Positions 38,782-48,700 of a DNA stretch of 51,921 nucleotides are shown one piece after another. Below the pieces are notes generated by a model. The model saw nothing but the letters and a program-made list of their open reading frames with translations, searched no databases and was not told the origin of the DNA. The stretch is taken from IMG/VR virus record IMGVR_UViG_3300025251_001815, positions 1 through 51,921 of that record; one strand, written 5' to 3'. The translations under genes were made by a program, and so were the position numbers. Numbering within the stretch: position 1 is the stretch's first letter; each line of letters begins with the position of its first letter. Source of the DNA: a virus. Taxonomy: Duplodnaviria > Caudoviricetes.

Positions 38782-41700
38782 CTACTTTTTACTGCTTCTC
38801 TTTTTATGATAAGAAATTTGTTCATCGATCTTTTCTTTATCAATTTTGGATAGTTCTACATCTTTAAATAGTTCTTCAACCTTTGAAGACGCCTCTAAAA
38901 GGAGCGTCTCATCCGGGTCGGGCTGCACAGAATCTCCAAAAACCATTCCCCTAGAAAAAGACATCATGTCCGGAGGGACTATCCCTGTCTGCCTAGGATC
39001 CATCTTGCCAACAAGTTTGTCCATGTTTCTCTTGAAGGGCCCTCCATGAGATCTACCATCGTTCTTTTTAGGTCCATCTCTCTTTGCCGGCGGAGGAGGC
39101 ATCCCAAGGCCGGCTTCTGCTCCAGGGGGGGCGGGGCCTTCTTCTGCTCCAGGTTCCGCAAGGAGCATTGTCTCTTCTTCAGGAGGCATTCCGCCATCAG
39201 GAGGCGCACCCATTGCCGCCATCTGTTCGGGTCCGGGCATCATACCCTCCATTCCAGGCATTCCACCCATACCACCCATCATGGCCTGCTGTTGCATCGC
39301 TGCTTCCTCGGCAGCAACAGATTCAAGCTTCGCCATGAACTTGGCGTCATGGAACATCTCAATCTTGTTCTTGATGATTTCATCATCGCTATGATTAAGG
39401 ATGTTCTTAGAGATCCACCGCTTAGAGAAGTACCCTTCCGGCGTATTGTTAATCAAACCAAACTTTGTATTTAAATATTCTAGCTCTTGCAACTCCGCAA
39501 TCTTGGAAGGATTGTTTAAATGCAGAGTAAAAGTTGCCAGATCCTTGTCTCTATATCCAAGCGTGTAAAGATGAACAACCGCTACCTTATACAGTTCTGA
39601 TATAACCGCTCGCTGGAGCCTCTGGACCGTTCTTGCAAAATGCATATCCTTTTGCGCGAGAGTCGTCTTGTCTTCCATTTGATCACCTTGTGCAAGGTAA
39701 CTCTTTGGAACCTTGAGAGCGGAAAACAATTTGTCCCTCAGATAATTAACATCGTCAATGTCGCCAGTATACGTTCCGCCTGGTAGCGTTTCAATCCGAG
39801 ATGATTTATCTCCCCTCAGTGGAACAAAGTAGTCCTCTTCAATACTTAAAGGGTTATATCTTAGGTCAACACGGCCAGTAGACTGATCCACAATCTGGTG
39901 TCTACGGAGGTTTGTCTTCATTTTCTCGATGTATGCTTCGACATCATTTGGATCAATGTTTCCAACATCGATATAGAACACTCTGCGCTCCGGTGAACGA
40001 ACCACACGGTACGCCATCATGGCGTCCTCAATAAGCGTGTTGCTTGCCACAATACCTTCCGATACAAAGTTGTGAGACTCATGCTCTACTTCTAGATCAT
40101 AAGTCTCCTCTTCTCCAATATCGATTACTCTACATACAGTCTCATAAGTGACATCTTCTTCAACTATGGAATCAAGGTTCAAATACAGTCTATAGCTATC
40201 TTTTCTTGTTATTTCTCCAAAACATTTATCTTCGTAGATCCCAGCTTTTCTATCCAACTTAATTTCACGTCCCACCGCGACACCGGCTTGTTGTGCTAGG
40301 ATTCTAACATCCTCCATTAGTTCTTTGTTAGATAGCGCTAGTCGTCCATCAGTCCAGCATCCATCCGCGTCCATCAGTCCCCTAAGGAACTCGACTTTAT
40401 TCTCCTGGTTCATACTATAAACCCACGAGGGCACTCTTTTTTTATCAAACCCAGAAATGAATCCAGCCTCTTTAAAAATGGATACAACTTCTTTAGAATT
40501 AAAATTAACTTGTCCACCTCTTTTATGCTCTGCGTCTACGCGCTCCAGATCACCTAATCTCATTGTCTCTTTCATCAGATTAACGTAACATTCGTTTTGT
40601 TCTTCTTCAATGCCAAGAGCAAATCCAAGCTTATTCTTATTAATCCATCCATCTCCAATCATAAACCCTAGAACCCTTAAGAACTCGGGAGTCGTATAAA
40701 AATCTTCGCCTCGCCAAGAGACATTTCGAACCGGCCATTGTCCCTCATAAATATCTTGAGAGATTTTGATACAATGGCCATCTTTTTGTTCTTGCCATCC
40801 AGAAGGCAAAATAAGCTTATCTGCCTTTCTACAGTCCCAGCCACCTTTTCCGTTGGAGACAATCAAGTCCTTAGCTTGTTTGCAGATAATCTCTCCCGAC
40901 TTTGTTTTAACATACATACCATGATTCGGAGTAACCTTAATGGTCCTATGCGCAGTCTGGATCTCAACTACCTCTTGTCTTCCCATGGAGGCAACATTCT
41001 TAACTTTTGTTTCAACCAATTGAGAATTTTTATAATCGTATGCAAGCACAGTTTCCCCGGGCTCGACATATTGAATTTCCTTATAACCCCCTGATTTCAC
41101 CCAAACTTTTGTATCATATGAATAACAGAGCTGACGCCAGATACGTCGAGCGGGTTCCAGAATAGACGTTCCATAGGGAGCGAATTTATCATTTCCGAGA
41201 ATTCTAAAGTGTGCAACCTGCCAATTCTCAAACGTAACCGCCCCAGCGTTCCACTGGTACTGTACATAATTCGCATTGGTCTTGTCTTCGCCTTCTAGGC
41301 GTTCAATCTCAACAGAGGGCAACCCAATTACATTCGTAATACCTAGTTTTTCATCAATGTCCAAATAGAGATAAAGATCCCCATATTTGCACATCGTTCT
41401 AGTCCAACCGAATAAATTGAATTCTACATTTAACACCTCATAAAACAGCGTATGTAGAATACTTTTAATTTCTTCGTTAGGACATTTAATTTTTAAGATT
41501 TCTTGAAAATCCGTGGCCGTCGTAATTTCGTCCGCATAAATATCCATGCTCGAAGCAATCTCGGCCATGAACTCCATCTGATCAAAGTCCAAGTAGCGCT
41601 CCGCACGCGACGAGGCCTGCAATTGGCCAGCCATGAGATTCTTAAATGGCTCAAGTCCATATTCCTTTTTAAACTCAAGTCCACCTAGCGATAGGAACTT

Positions 41701-41859
41701 GCTTGTTTGAAGCTGGCTCTTTCTACCCTTGCGTACCTGCTGCCTTCTATAATTTACATACGGCCCGCTGAACAGCCTTGTCAGGCCCCGGAACAGAGGT
41801 GATATTTCATTCTTGGGATTTCTAGTGGCTCCCGAGGTGCCTTGCTTATAGTCTTTCAT
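38782..41859 (-). CDS. Portal protein (T4 gp20-like) containing an intein
   Basis: DIYADE, CKYGD, VAHFR, PYGTSILEPARRIWRQL|intein|TLIEDAMMAYRVVRSPERRVFYIDVGN, EEDYFVP, IETLPGG, ALKVPKSYL. Confidence 0.95.
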   Translation of the reverse strand: MKDYKQGTSGATRNPKNEISPLFRGLTRLFSGPYVNYRRQQVRKGRKSQLQTSKFLSLGGLEFKKEYGLEPFKNLMAGQLQASSRAERYLDFDQMEFMAEIASSMDIYADEITTATDFQEILKIKCPNEEIKSILHTLFYEVLNVEFNLFGWTRTMCKYGDLYLYLDIDEKLGITNVIGLPSVEIERLEGEDKTNANYVQYQWNAGAVTFENWQVAHFRILGNDKFAPYGTSILEPARRIWRQLCYSYDTKVWVKSGGYKEIQYVEPGETVLAYDYKNSQLVETKVKNVASMGRQEVVEIQTAHRTIKVTPNHGMYVKTKSGEIICKQAKDLIVSNGKGGWDCRKADKLILPSGWQEQKDGHCIKISQDIYEGQWPVRNVSWRGEDFYTTPEFLRVLGFMIGDGWINKNKLGFALGIEEEQNECYVNLMKETMRLGDLERVDAEHKRGGQVNFNSKEVVSIFKEAGFISGFDKKRVPSWVYSMNQENKVEFLRGLMDADGCWTDGRLALSNKELMEDVRILAQQAGVAVGREIKLDRKAGIYEDKCFGEITRKDSYRLYLNLDSIVEEDVTYETVCRVIDIGEEETYDLEVEHESHNFVSEGIVASNTLIEDAMMAYRVVRSPERRVFYIDVGNIDPNDVEAYIEKMKTNLRRHQIVDQSTGRVDLRYNPLSIEEDYFVPLRGDKSSRIETLPGGTYTGDIDDVNYLRDKLFSALKVPKSYLAQGDQMEDKTTLAQKDMHFARTVQRLQRAVISELYKVAVVHLYTLGYRDKDLATFTLHLNNPSKIAELQELEYLNTKFGLINNTPEGYFSKRWISKNILNHSDDEIIKNKIEMFHDAKFMAKLESVAAEEAAMQQQAMMGGMGGMPGMEGMMPGPEQMAAMGAPPDGGMPPEEETMLLAEPGAEEGPAPPGAEAGLGMPPPPAKRDGPKKNDGRSHGGPFKRNMDKLVGKMDPRQTGIVPPDMMSFSRGMVFGDSVQPDPDETLLLEASSKVEELFKDVELSKIDKEKIDEQISYHKKRSSKK
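40039..41127 (-). mobile_element. 363-aa intein with LAGLIDADG homing endonuclease
   Basis: Block A CYSYDTKV, block B IKVTPNH, VLGFMIGDGW and FLRGLMDADG, block F TYDLEV..HNF, C-terminal ASN followed by +1 Thr. Confidence 0.93.
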
Positions 41860-41862
41860 CTT

Positions 41863-43443
41863 TTACCCCTTAAGTACCCATCCAAAATCAACAAGTTGCT
41901 TGTGTTTTTCTTTATTTTCAAATTTTTTCTCAACCGCCGACCTGGACTTCTGGCCAACGATCTTGGTATCAAAAATAGACGTCGACCTTGACATTGCGTT
42001 AAGGAACGCCATTTTATAGGCCAAGTCTCTCTTGTTGACAACCAAAGCAGTGTCTTTTATCCAACAACAAATTGCAGAAGCCATAACAAGGTCATCATTA
42101 AACCCTCTTCTGGCAGATGCTTTGCCGTTATACCAAATAAAGGTGTCTAGCTCTGCCGCATATCTAGAAGAATATGAAATAAAGTCCTTGTTTCTAATAC
42201 TCTCTTCCATCTTCGCTACAATAAGCGGCCTGGTTTTGGCCGTTGTCGAAAACCCCGCCACCGAGTTTTTGGTGTAGTCCGCCGCGAAGGGTTCAACATA
42301 TTGATGTGAGTGCTTCTCAGCGTGATATATGGATGGGTATTCCAAATCCTTTAACTTTTCTATTACGGTCCAGCCAACTCCAGCGTTCTCAACAGCCATT
42401 AGACACGCACCATGATTTGTGCCGATTTCAAACAGCATCTTAGCAAACATATCAACAGAGGGCTTGCCTTTGTACTCCAAGACCACCTCGCCTGTTCCCA
42501 ATTTAATAACGTGGAGGGCAGAAAAGTCTTCTCCATCTCCTCGTGAAACATCCGCGACCCCAAAATAAGATTCTCCGGGAATCGGATCCTCCCATACCCA
42601 TACATTACTATCAAAACCAGTCTTGTATATCGGGGTTTTAACGCCCGCCTTTAATCGATTAATGTCTTCCGGGGTTACTACCGTATCTCCAGAGGCATTA
42701 AAGTTACACATAAGCTCCTGCGCAATTTTGCGCTTACTCATGTTTCTAGTTTCCTTATGGAACCATTCTTCGTCTCTCTCAGGATGAACATCCCACATCA
42801 GCTTTATTGGTTTAAAGTCATTTAACCCCTGCTCTGCGTCAATGTAGTACTTATGGAACCAATTCCCGGTTCCCAATGGCGTGCTGAGGGCAATGCATCT
42901 GCCTCCTGTGGAGAGCGTTGGATAAATGCCAGCCCAAAGTTCGTCCAGGCTTTCAACGTGCGCCGCCTCGTCAACAATAAGCAATGAAAGGGCCTCAGAA
43001 CGACCGGCGTCAGCACCGGTTGAGCTTGCAACAACTTGTGAACCATTTTCTAATTCCATAGAGAACTTATTGTTTGTTATAACTTCTGACATCATCATCC
43101 ATTCCGGCAGATTCTTAAATACCACCTTTACTTTCTTAATAATATTGGCTGCTTTCGCCTTCTGTGTCGCCACAACAAGGATGTTTCGATCTTTATGAAA
43201 GATCATTAGCCACGCACAATACGCAGCTACTGTCGTAGACATCCCTAACTGGCGTGCCTTCAGTAGTATACTGAACCTATTGCCTATGAACTCCTTTAAT
43301 ACGTCCTTCTGGAATGGGAATAGTTTAAATGGCAATGTCCCCCTTGTCGGGTGAGAAATCTTTGCATAATTATCGATAAAGTAAACGGGATCCTTGCCGC
43401 AACGCAAGATCTCCTTCTTCATCTCCTTTACCGTCAAACTCAT
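41863..43443 (-). CDS. Terminase large subunit (gp17-like)
   Basis: LFPFQ, KARQLGMST (Walker A), LIVDEAAH (Walker B), LSTPLG, ADVSRGDGEDFS, VENAGVG, NDDLVMA. Confidence 0.95.
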   Translation of the reverse strand: MSLTVKEMKKEILRCGKDPVYFIDNYAKISHPTRGTLPFKLFPFQKDVLKEFIGNRFSILLKARQLGMSTTVAAYCAWLMIFHKDRNILVVATQKAKAANIIKKVKVVFKNLPEWMMMSEVITNNKFSMELENGSQVVASSTGADAGRSEALSLLIVDEAAHVESLDELWAGIYPTLSTGGRCIALSTPLGTGNWFHKYYIDAEQGLNDFKPIKLMWDVHPERDEEWFHKETRNMSKRKIAQELMCNFNASGDTVVTPEDINRLKAGVKTPIYKTGFDSNVWVWEDPIPGESYFGVADVSRGDGEDFSALHVIKLGTGEVVLEYKGKPSVDMFAKMLFEIGTNHGACLMAVENAGVGWTVIEKLKDLEYPSIYHAEKHSHQYVEPFAADYTKNSVAGFSTTAKTRPLIVAKMEESIRNKDFISYSSRYAAELDTFIWYNGKASARRGFNDDLVMASAICCWIKDTALVVNKRDLAYKMAFLNAMSRSTSIFDTKIVGQKSRSAVEKKFENKEKHKQLVDFGWVLKG

Positions 43444-43447
43444 TTAA

Positions 43448-43846
43448 TTAAAGTCCCGATATCTTATATGGACACGTTGCCGTAACAAGAATCTTGTAAA
43501 TCGACACATACTCAATGTCCTTGTCCAATTCACCATCTTTTTTAAGCTGCACAGAGTTTCCAGTTACCTTCTTATACTCCTTTTTTAAATAGGAAGAAAG
43601 GTCCTGAAATGTTTGCTCTAAATCAAGATCGAAATCTCTTTCATGATAGTCTTTTCTCGGGAGTTCAATACTATACGTAATGTATATTTTGTCTCCCTGA
43701 AATCTAACCTTGAAATCATCGTTTACTCGATAATCCAAAAGGGGATTTCCCTCTTCTCTCTTAAGGGCTCCGGTCTCTTCGCCACCGTCATATGCATTGG
43801 CCGCCGCCTGCTGTAGGCCTGCCAAAATATCGCTAATATTAGACAT
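43448..43846 (-). CDS. Hypothetical protein
   Basis: 132-aa ORF directly upstream of the large terminase. Confidence 0.7.
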   Translation of the reverse strand: MSNISDILAGLQQAAANAYDGGEETGALKREEGNPLLDYRVNDDFKVRFQGDKIYITYSIELPRKDYHERDFDLDLEQTFQDLSSYLKKEYKKVTGNSVQLKKDGELDKDIEYVSIYKILVTATCPYKISGL

Positions 43847-44258
43847 TCTTTTTTCTCCTTTTAAGCGCTAATGTTATTGCTTCTTTATCCGGCCTCCAGC
43901 CTGTTGTCCACCGTTCTTCTCTGTGTTCAACAAAATCAACAAAGCAGTGCTGGCAACACTCGTATTTTTCAACCTTGATATCATCAAAGACTGTTTGGGT
44001 TCTAATTGAGCACAACGGACAATTTGAATATAATTCACTTTTTCTATTTTTTTTCAATAATAAATAGCCGTTTTTTTCAATTTGTTCTTTATTCCTGCCC
44101 TGTTCTAGGCTTTTTTTAGCAAGTTCTTTTAATTGTCTTTTGTATTCTTTTTCTTTATCACTATCCCAAAAATACCGAATATCTCTTGAGGCTTCCGAAC
44201 CGTATTTATCGGAGATCGCCTTCTCAAGGGCTGCAACATAGTCATTCTTGTCCATCAC
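43839..44258 (-). CDS. Hypothetical zinc-finger protein
   Basis: CPLC...CCQHC and W..GWRP. Confidence 0.7.
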   Translation of the reverse strand: MMDKNDYVAALEKAISDKYGSEASRDIRYFWDSDKEKEYKRQLKELAKKSLEQGRNKEQIEKNGYLLLKKNRKSELYSNCPLCSIRTQTVFDDIKVEKYECCQHCFVDFVEHREERWTTGWRPDKEAITLALKRRKKNV

Positions 44259-44665
44259 TGGACAGCCCGCGCCGCTAGTACCGTTAGCCCTGCACCGATT
44301 ACAAGTCCGGTTACAACCCCAATCATACCCTTGTTCTTTTCAAACCAAGACTGTTTTCTAACCTCTGTCTTAATCTTGCTCGTCACATCGTTAAATAACG
44401 CCATAGTGTCTTCCAGGTTTTTATTTTTTATCTCAAGTTCCCTCTCAAGAATCTCGTTTACTTTTTTCAAAAATGTATGATTCAATTTTAATTCAATAAT
44501 CTCAGTAAAATCAGATTCTGACAAAAGCACCCCAACATACTCTTCCCCCTGATGAAGAGTCAGCATAGGAAAGGGTTCAAATTCTGTAACTTGGGCCATG
44601 GCATTGCCAATTCCTATGTTTATCACAAATAAGAAACAAACAAGAGTCGTCGTTACCTTTCTCAT
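44255..44665 (-). CDS. Exported coiled-coil protein with C-terminal TM helix (spanin-like?)
   Basis: Start MRKVTTTL; signal-like N-terminus ending AMA, a coiled coil, then GMIGVVTGLVIGAGLTVLA. Confidence 0.55.
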   Translation of the reverse strand: MRKVTTTLVCFLFVINIGIGNAMAQVTEFEPFPMLTLHQGEEYVGVLLSESDFTEIIELKLNHTFLKKVNEILERELEIKNKNLEDTMALFNDVTSKIKTEVRKQSWFEKNKGMIGVVTGLVIGAGLTVLAARAVQ

Positions 44666-44666
44666 T

Positions 44667-45197
44667 TTATATCCCCATCGGCACAAGTCCGGTCTTTTGC
44701 TGTAATACCTGCATAAAAATATCTCTGATCATCGGCAGAGTCATATCTATTGGGGCTCCAGGTGCCACCATGGCATTATTCATAATTCCCTCTAGCTCTA
44801 TCATGATTTCATTAATAGTCTCTTCATCTAGGACCGCTAAAATATTATCGTCCAAGTTAAAAAATTGATCAAAAACACCTAGCTTGCCTGCGTCTGGCCT
44901 ATCTTTTACTTTCTTGAAAATCAGTTTGAGCGCCTGATTAATTAAGTTCGGCTCAAGTTCCTTGTTTTTAAGGGTGTTGTAAAGCTGGCTGTCTAGTCCC
45001 AAGTCAGATAGTTCCTTGGCGAGCATCATTTCCGGAGTCTTTGGACTCCTCATTTGATTCTTGACAGAGGCATCTGTTCTCGATTGAATTACGGCTTGTA
45101 AGGCTGCTACGAGATGATCTCCAGTGAATTGCTCAAGCATCACTTCTCTAACTTCCTCAAGTATTATTCGATTTATTTTATCTTCTTTTATTATCAT
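44667..45197 (-). CDS. Hypothetical protein
   Basis: N-terminal IIKEDKINRIILEEVREVMLE motif. Confidence 0.7.
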   Translation of the reverse strand: MIIKEDKINRIILEEVREVMLEQFTGDHLVAALQAVIQSRTDASVKNQMRSPKTPEMMLAKELSDLGLDSQLYNTLKNKELEPNLINQALKLIFKKVKDRPDAGKLGVFDQFFNLDDNILAVLDEETINEIMIELEGIMNNAMVAPGAPIDMTLPMIRDIFMQVLQQKTGLVPMGI

Positions 45198-45546
45198 GAT
45201 TGAGCATCGCGTAAAATTTTGTCAGGCTCGCGAGGCGTTTCATCCTGTCCTCTATGTTTCTGATCTCTTTTAGTCCCCGTAGTTTTTCCTCCCTTTCCTC
45301 CTCCACGTACCTCTTTTTAATTTCGCTTCTTATCTCTACTTCCTTTTTACTGATTTTTATATCCGACATCTTGTCTTTTGAATCGTCAACAATATCATCA
45401 ATTTTCTTTAATGTCGCGCTTTCTTTATTCAAAAGCCCCACAACAAGGGCGGCCAAGGCTAAGACTCCCAGGACGGTATATTTCCAGTATTTTTTAATAT
45501 CCAATAAAATATTTTCCATTTTTTCTAGCATCATCCATGCCTCCAT
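45178..45546 (-). CDS. N-terminally anchored coiled-coil membrane protein (i-spanin/Rz-like?)
   Basis: KKYWKYTVLGVLALAALVVGLL TM segment followed by a charged coiled coil; follows the holin-like gene. Start codon uncertain. Confidence 0.55.
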   Translation of the reverse strand: MEAWMMLEKMENILLDIKKYWKYTVLGVLALAALVVGLLNKESATLKKIDDIVDDSKDKMSDIKISKKEVEIRSEIKKRYVEEEREEKLRGLKEIRNIEDRMKRLASLTKFYAMLNHDNKRR

Positions 45547-45725
45547 GCTTTCGCCAAATCAACCGCTGCTTGACTACTGATGTAGACCAAGGAAACCGCT
45601 ACCCAGTCCTCGCTGGTCAACGACGTATTCAAAACTAGCCATGTCGCCGTTAGCCACGTAAGAAATTTCCTACTAACAAATCTTTCAACATATCTATCAA
45701 GTACAGCTTTCATTCCTTCAGACAT
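45531..45725 (-). CDS. Putative holin (two TM helices)
   Basis: 64 aa; SRKFL-TM1...W-TM2-SQAAVD pattern typical of small holins; own late motif and AGGGAG RBS. Confidence 0.6.
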   Translation of the reverse strand: MSEGMKAVLDRYVERFVSRKFLTWLTATWLVLNTSLTSEDWVAVSLVYISSQAAVDLAKAWRHG

Positions 45726-45746
45726 TTCGTATCTCCCTTGTTTTAA

Positions 45747-45754
45747 TAATTAGT
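45747..45754 (-). promoter_or_regulatory. Putative late promoter ACTAATTA
   Basis: Octamer at the boundary between the recombination block and the lysis/packaging block. Confidence 0.65.
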
Positions 45755-45760
45755 TTTGTT

Positions 45761-48700
45761 CTAAGCCTTTATATATGCGTATTTATTATTTTTGTTCACT
45801 TCAATGATTTTATCAACAGAGTCTTTCATCTCTGAAATGTGCGTGATCAAGAGTGTAAATCTAAACTGCTGCCTAAGTAGGTCTAAAATCCTGTCAAAGG
45901 CCCTAAGATTCTCTGCGTCCAGGGCTGTTCCTGGTTCATCCAAAATAAAGAAGTTTGCGCGTGGCAGGTTAGAAAAGCTCGTCATGGCAATACGAACCGC
46001 AATCGACACCAAGGTCTTCTCCGCTCCGGAGCCAAGCTCTATCGGCCTAAGCTCGCTCCCTGGGTGCTCTAGCAGGATCTCCAGCCTGTTATCGTCGGTC
46101 GCAAAATATGCTTTAAAGTCAACCACGTTCGCCAAAACATTATTAATCTGCTCGTTTATCAGGGACAGGTTGTTTTTTAAGATCGCAAAAGGTATGCCAT
46201 TTGAACTCGTGGCCTTTAGATATAAATCATATACCTCATAATCCGCTTGTAGTTTTTTGATTTGTTTCTCTTCTTCCAGTAGGACCCCAAGGATCCCATA
46301 GATTGCCGCTTCTCTCCTGCTAGCGCCTTCATAGTCCTTATTGGACTCCTCAAGTCGCCTTTCCATCGAAACAAGGTGGCAGCCCTTTTTTTCCAAGAGT
46401 TCCCTAAGCTCTCTCGCCCTCGTTTCATTCTCTATATCCTTATAATATCTTGCCTTCTTGTCATCGATCTCATCAAGCTCGTCATTTGTTTTATTAACGC
46501 TCGTTTTACACTCTTGTATCTCGGCGTTTAATCTAAGGATCTTTACTAATAATTCCTTTTCTAGGAGTTCGCACTTTTTATACTTTTCGGCCCTCTCTGT
46601 TTCTTTTTTAAAATCTTCGCCACCTCTAACGCTCTCGAAAGCAGCAAGTTTTGCTCGTGCCTGCTCTTCGGCCTTTAGTTTCTTGCTTACGCCTTTTTTC
46701 GAATCCACCGCACCGACTATAAATCTGCACCCTGCAAACTCCTCGCATTCTTTACAAGGGACGCTATCAAGAATCTTTATTTTTTCTTGGTCTACCTCAA
46801 TATCGCGTCTTATTCTTCTCTCTTCTTCCAAGAGCCCCGCAATCTCTTTTTCAATTTTCTCATACGTTTCTCTCTTCTCAAGAAAACCCTGGTAGTCGTA
46901 TACCTCTATAAATTTTTCTATCTTTTCTAACTTGAGATTATATTCATCAATCTTAGATTGTTTGTCTTCTATTTCCTGCCTTACGTTATCAGAATGTAGG
47001 AGCAGGAACTCGTGCCTGTCCTTCAACTCAACTATATCTATGCCAAGAATACTGATATTGGATATTGCCTCGCTTGCTTCCGCAATAGCTTCTTTAATTT
47101 CGTGTATCAAACCTTTTTGTTTATCAATGCTGATTTTTATTTTTTTACAGTCTTTTTTAGTATCCTTTAGTTCTTCCTTGCTTTTGTTTATTTTATTCTC
47201 AACCTCCTCTAAGGACGCCTTTTTAAGGGCACCCTTCAAATCCCTGGTTTCTACTTTTACCAGATCATTTATCTTTGAAAAAACGTCCAATCCAAGAAAT
47301 CTTGATAGGACTTCTCTCCGCTTAGTCGTCCCCTCGTTAATAAACGACAGGGAGCCCAGTTGGGACGATACTGACGTCAGCAAGAAATCCTCAAACCTTC
47401 CAAACACTTTCTGTATCTGTCTATCTGTTTCTTTCTTATCTAATTGATTTAACACCTCACCGCTAGTTACGTTTGCGAAGTGTACATCTGATTTGGCTTC
47501 AGGTTTTCCAGATTTTTTATACTTTTCAAGCTTTCTTTCAACAGCAAAAGATTGTCCGTCGATTTTAAGATGGACTTTGGCGTCAGCCCTATCTTTATCA
47601 GAGTTTATATAGTTTATGTTTTTCCTAACATTCTTAGTTGAATTGTTGAAAATAGTAAACAACAGAGTGTCAATAACACTAGACTTGCCAGAATAACTCT
47701 TTCCGAATATTCCTATTATACCGTTTAAGTCCTCAAAATTTATTTCGTTATTTTCACCATAATTAAAGAAATTATTCCACTCTATTTTGTCTATATCCCA
47801 CTGAATTTGTTCCGTTGTAGGAGAGGAAGAGGCCACTAAGTGATTGTACTTCTTATTAAGTTCTAGAACCGCCTGAACTTTTTCATCGCCTACGTCATGA
47901 GCGCTTAAAAATTCTTCAAGAAATTTATTTTGTACGCCTGTCCCCGCCAAGTCGTCTTTTTCTATCTTTCTACCTTCAGCATCAAGTATACCAGTTAATT
48001 TACCCACATTATTTTGGATAACGACGCTCTCCGGTAACTGTTCTCTAATCTCTGACAATAAATCCTGCGTTTCTTTTGTGGTTAAGAGTTCATTTACCAC
48101 AAGCCTGACTCGGGCCCCTCTTATATCCTCTTTTGCGCATTTTAGGGCCTTATTTTCTACAGAAACGTTGATAAACGGCCTTATATTTTTTACAGGGACA
48201 AATTCAGATACTATATTGTCTTTACTATTAATATTCCAGACTAAGAACCCCTTTTCGCGGTCCTCCGCAAAGTTTTGCTGGATTAAGGACCCCGGATAGG
48301 CGATTCTACCCTCTTTGTCCATATTCTGCCTCTTGTGGATGTCTCCCAACAGTACTAGATCGTGCCCCTCAAAACACTCAACATTATTATCCCCATTTTC
48401 CATGACCCACCCGTTGTCAACTGTGCATCCGCTTATCGAGCCGTGGTATAAAGCAATATTAATGGCTCCGCTTTCCGGTCTTGTCCAGTTTTCAGGATCT
48501 AAAATAGAAAAAACATTAAAGTTAACAGGAAGTACAGTTTTATCATTGTTTAAGTAAGAACCACACTTTCTAATTCCCGAATACTTCCACAATTCAATGT
48601 TTTTATCATTCAATGCGTCTACTATGGGCGTAATAGCGTCCAGACGAGCCTTAGCCTTGCAATTAAGATCATGGTTTCCAAGAATAATCTTCGTTGGAGC

